A DNA stretch of 63,268 bases, filler included, from Octopus bimaculoides (taxonomy: Eukaryota), in the NCBI RefSeq assembly GCF_001194135.2. It is 5 parts of 4 records of this genome, joined end to end, with 100 filler letters (N's around TTAATTAATTAA, not from the genome) between each part and the next. Parts side by side here need not be neighbours in the genome. Positions count along the whole stretch, not along the records: positions 57,754 to 63,268 come from NC_068989.1; 4 more parts are not named here. One strand, given 5' to 3'. Below, piece after piece: positions 62,901 through 63,268 of this stretch; position 1 is the first letter of the stretch; each line of letters begins with the position of its first letter. The translations under genes and the position numbers were made by a program. The notes beneath the pieces were generated by a model. It had not been told where the DNA came from and did no database searches. It was given only the letters and a program-made list of their open reading frames with translations.

Positions 62901-63268
62901 TGGCTAGAAACTAAGAACAATAAAACCAGAATCCTCCATTCACACTATACAAAACCTATGGCCTCCAAGTACCTGACCCACCGGAACTCGGCTATTGCGG
63001 ACAATGCCAAATTCAACATATTGATGGCAGACCTCGTCAGAGTAATGCGAAATGTCTCCTGCATGTGCGACCCTACAGAATTAAAGAGACATATACAACA
63101 TTTCGTCCACCGCATGCAGTTCTCGGGTTACAGCCATAAAGAAAGGATCAGGGTTTACAAAGGAGCTATGAAGAAGTTTGAAACAATCAAACGCAACGAT
63201 AGGAATGGGATTTGCCCACTCTATAGGAGCAAATCATGGAACACCATGGAAAGAACTAAGAAGAAAAT
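62901..63268 (+). mobile_element. Second copy of the same Penelope-like RT thumb region, open to the window edge
   Basis: 'WLETKNNKTRILHSHYTKPMASKYL...RMQFSGYSHKERIRVYKGAMKKF...' is highly similar to 60150-60510, with no stops. Confidence 0.9.

Overview
AT-rich, microsatellite-saturated, non-genic animal DNA with many N gaps. The SINE content resembles an octopus-type cephalopod genome; this is inferred from recalled repeat families and not verified. No host protein-coding gene, rRNA, true tRNA or CRISPR can be supported, and most ORFs in the track are translations of simple repeats or gaps. The window is a mosaic of decayed mobile elements: (i) five Penelope-like (PLE) fragments with RT and/or GIY-YIG domains; (ii) R4/Dong-like non-LTR fragments, mostly abutting (TAA)n; (iii) the 5' half of an L1/Tx1-like LINE; (iv) a CR1-like LINE 3' end; (v) mariner remnants and a probable non-autonomous Helitron; (vi) three abundant tRNA-derived SINE families (my labels A, B, C); (vii) a ~520-bp (ATT)n-embedded short element (E). 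The most interesting signal is a set of hammerhead-ribozyme (HHR) motifs found by hand-folding. One near-complete type I HHR sits in the loop of a 141-bp foldback (36821-36882, minus strand). A half-HHR sits in the loop of a second ~140-bp foldback (29005-29347). One is a stand-alone ~90-nt island (10684-10724). One forms the tail of a hairpin-capped tRNA-headed element (family D, 45336-45578). Four 100-nt N-TTAATTAATTAA-N spacers are artificial scaffold joins. All coordinates were read by eye: the HHR motifs, hairpins and linkers are base-counted, and TE boundaries are approximate (about 10-30 nt).
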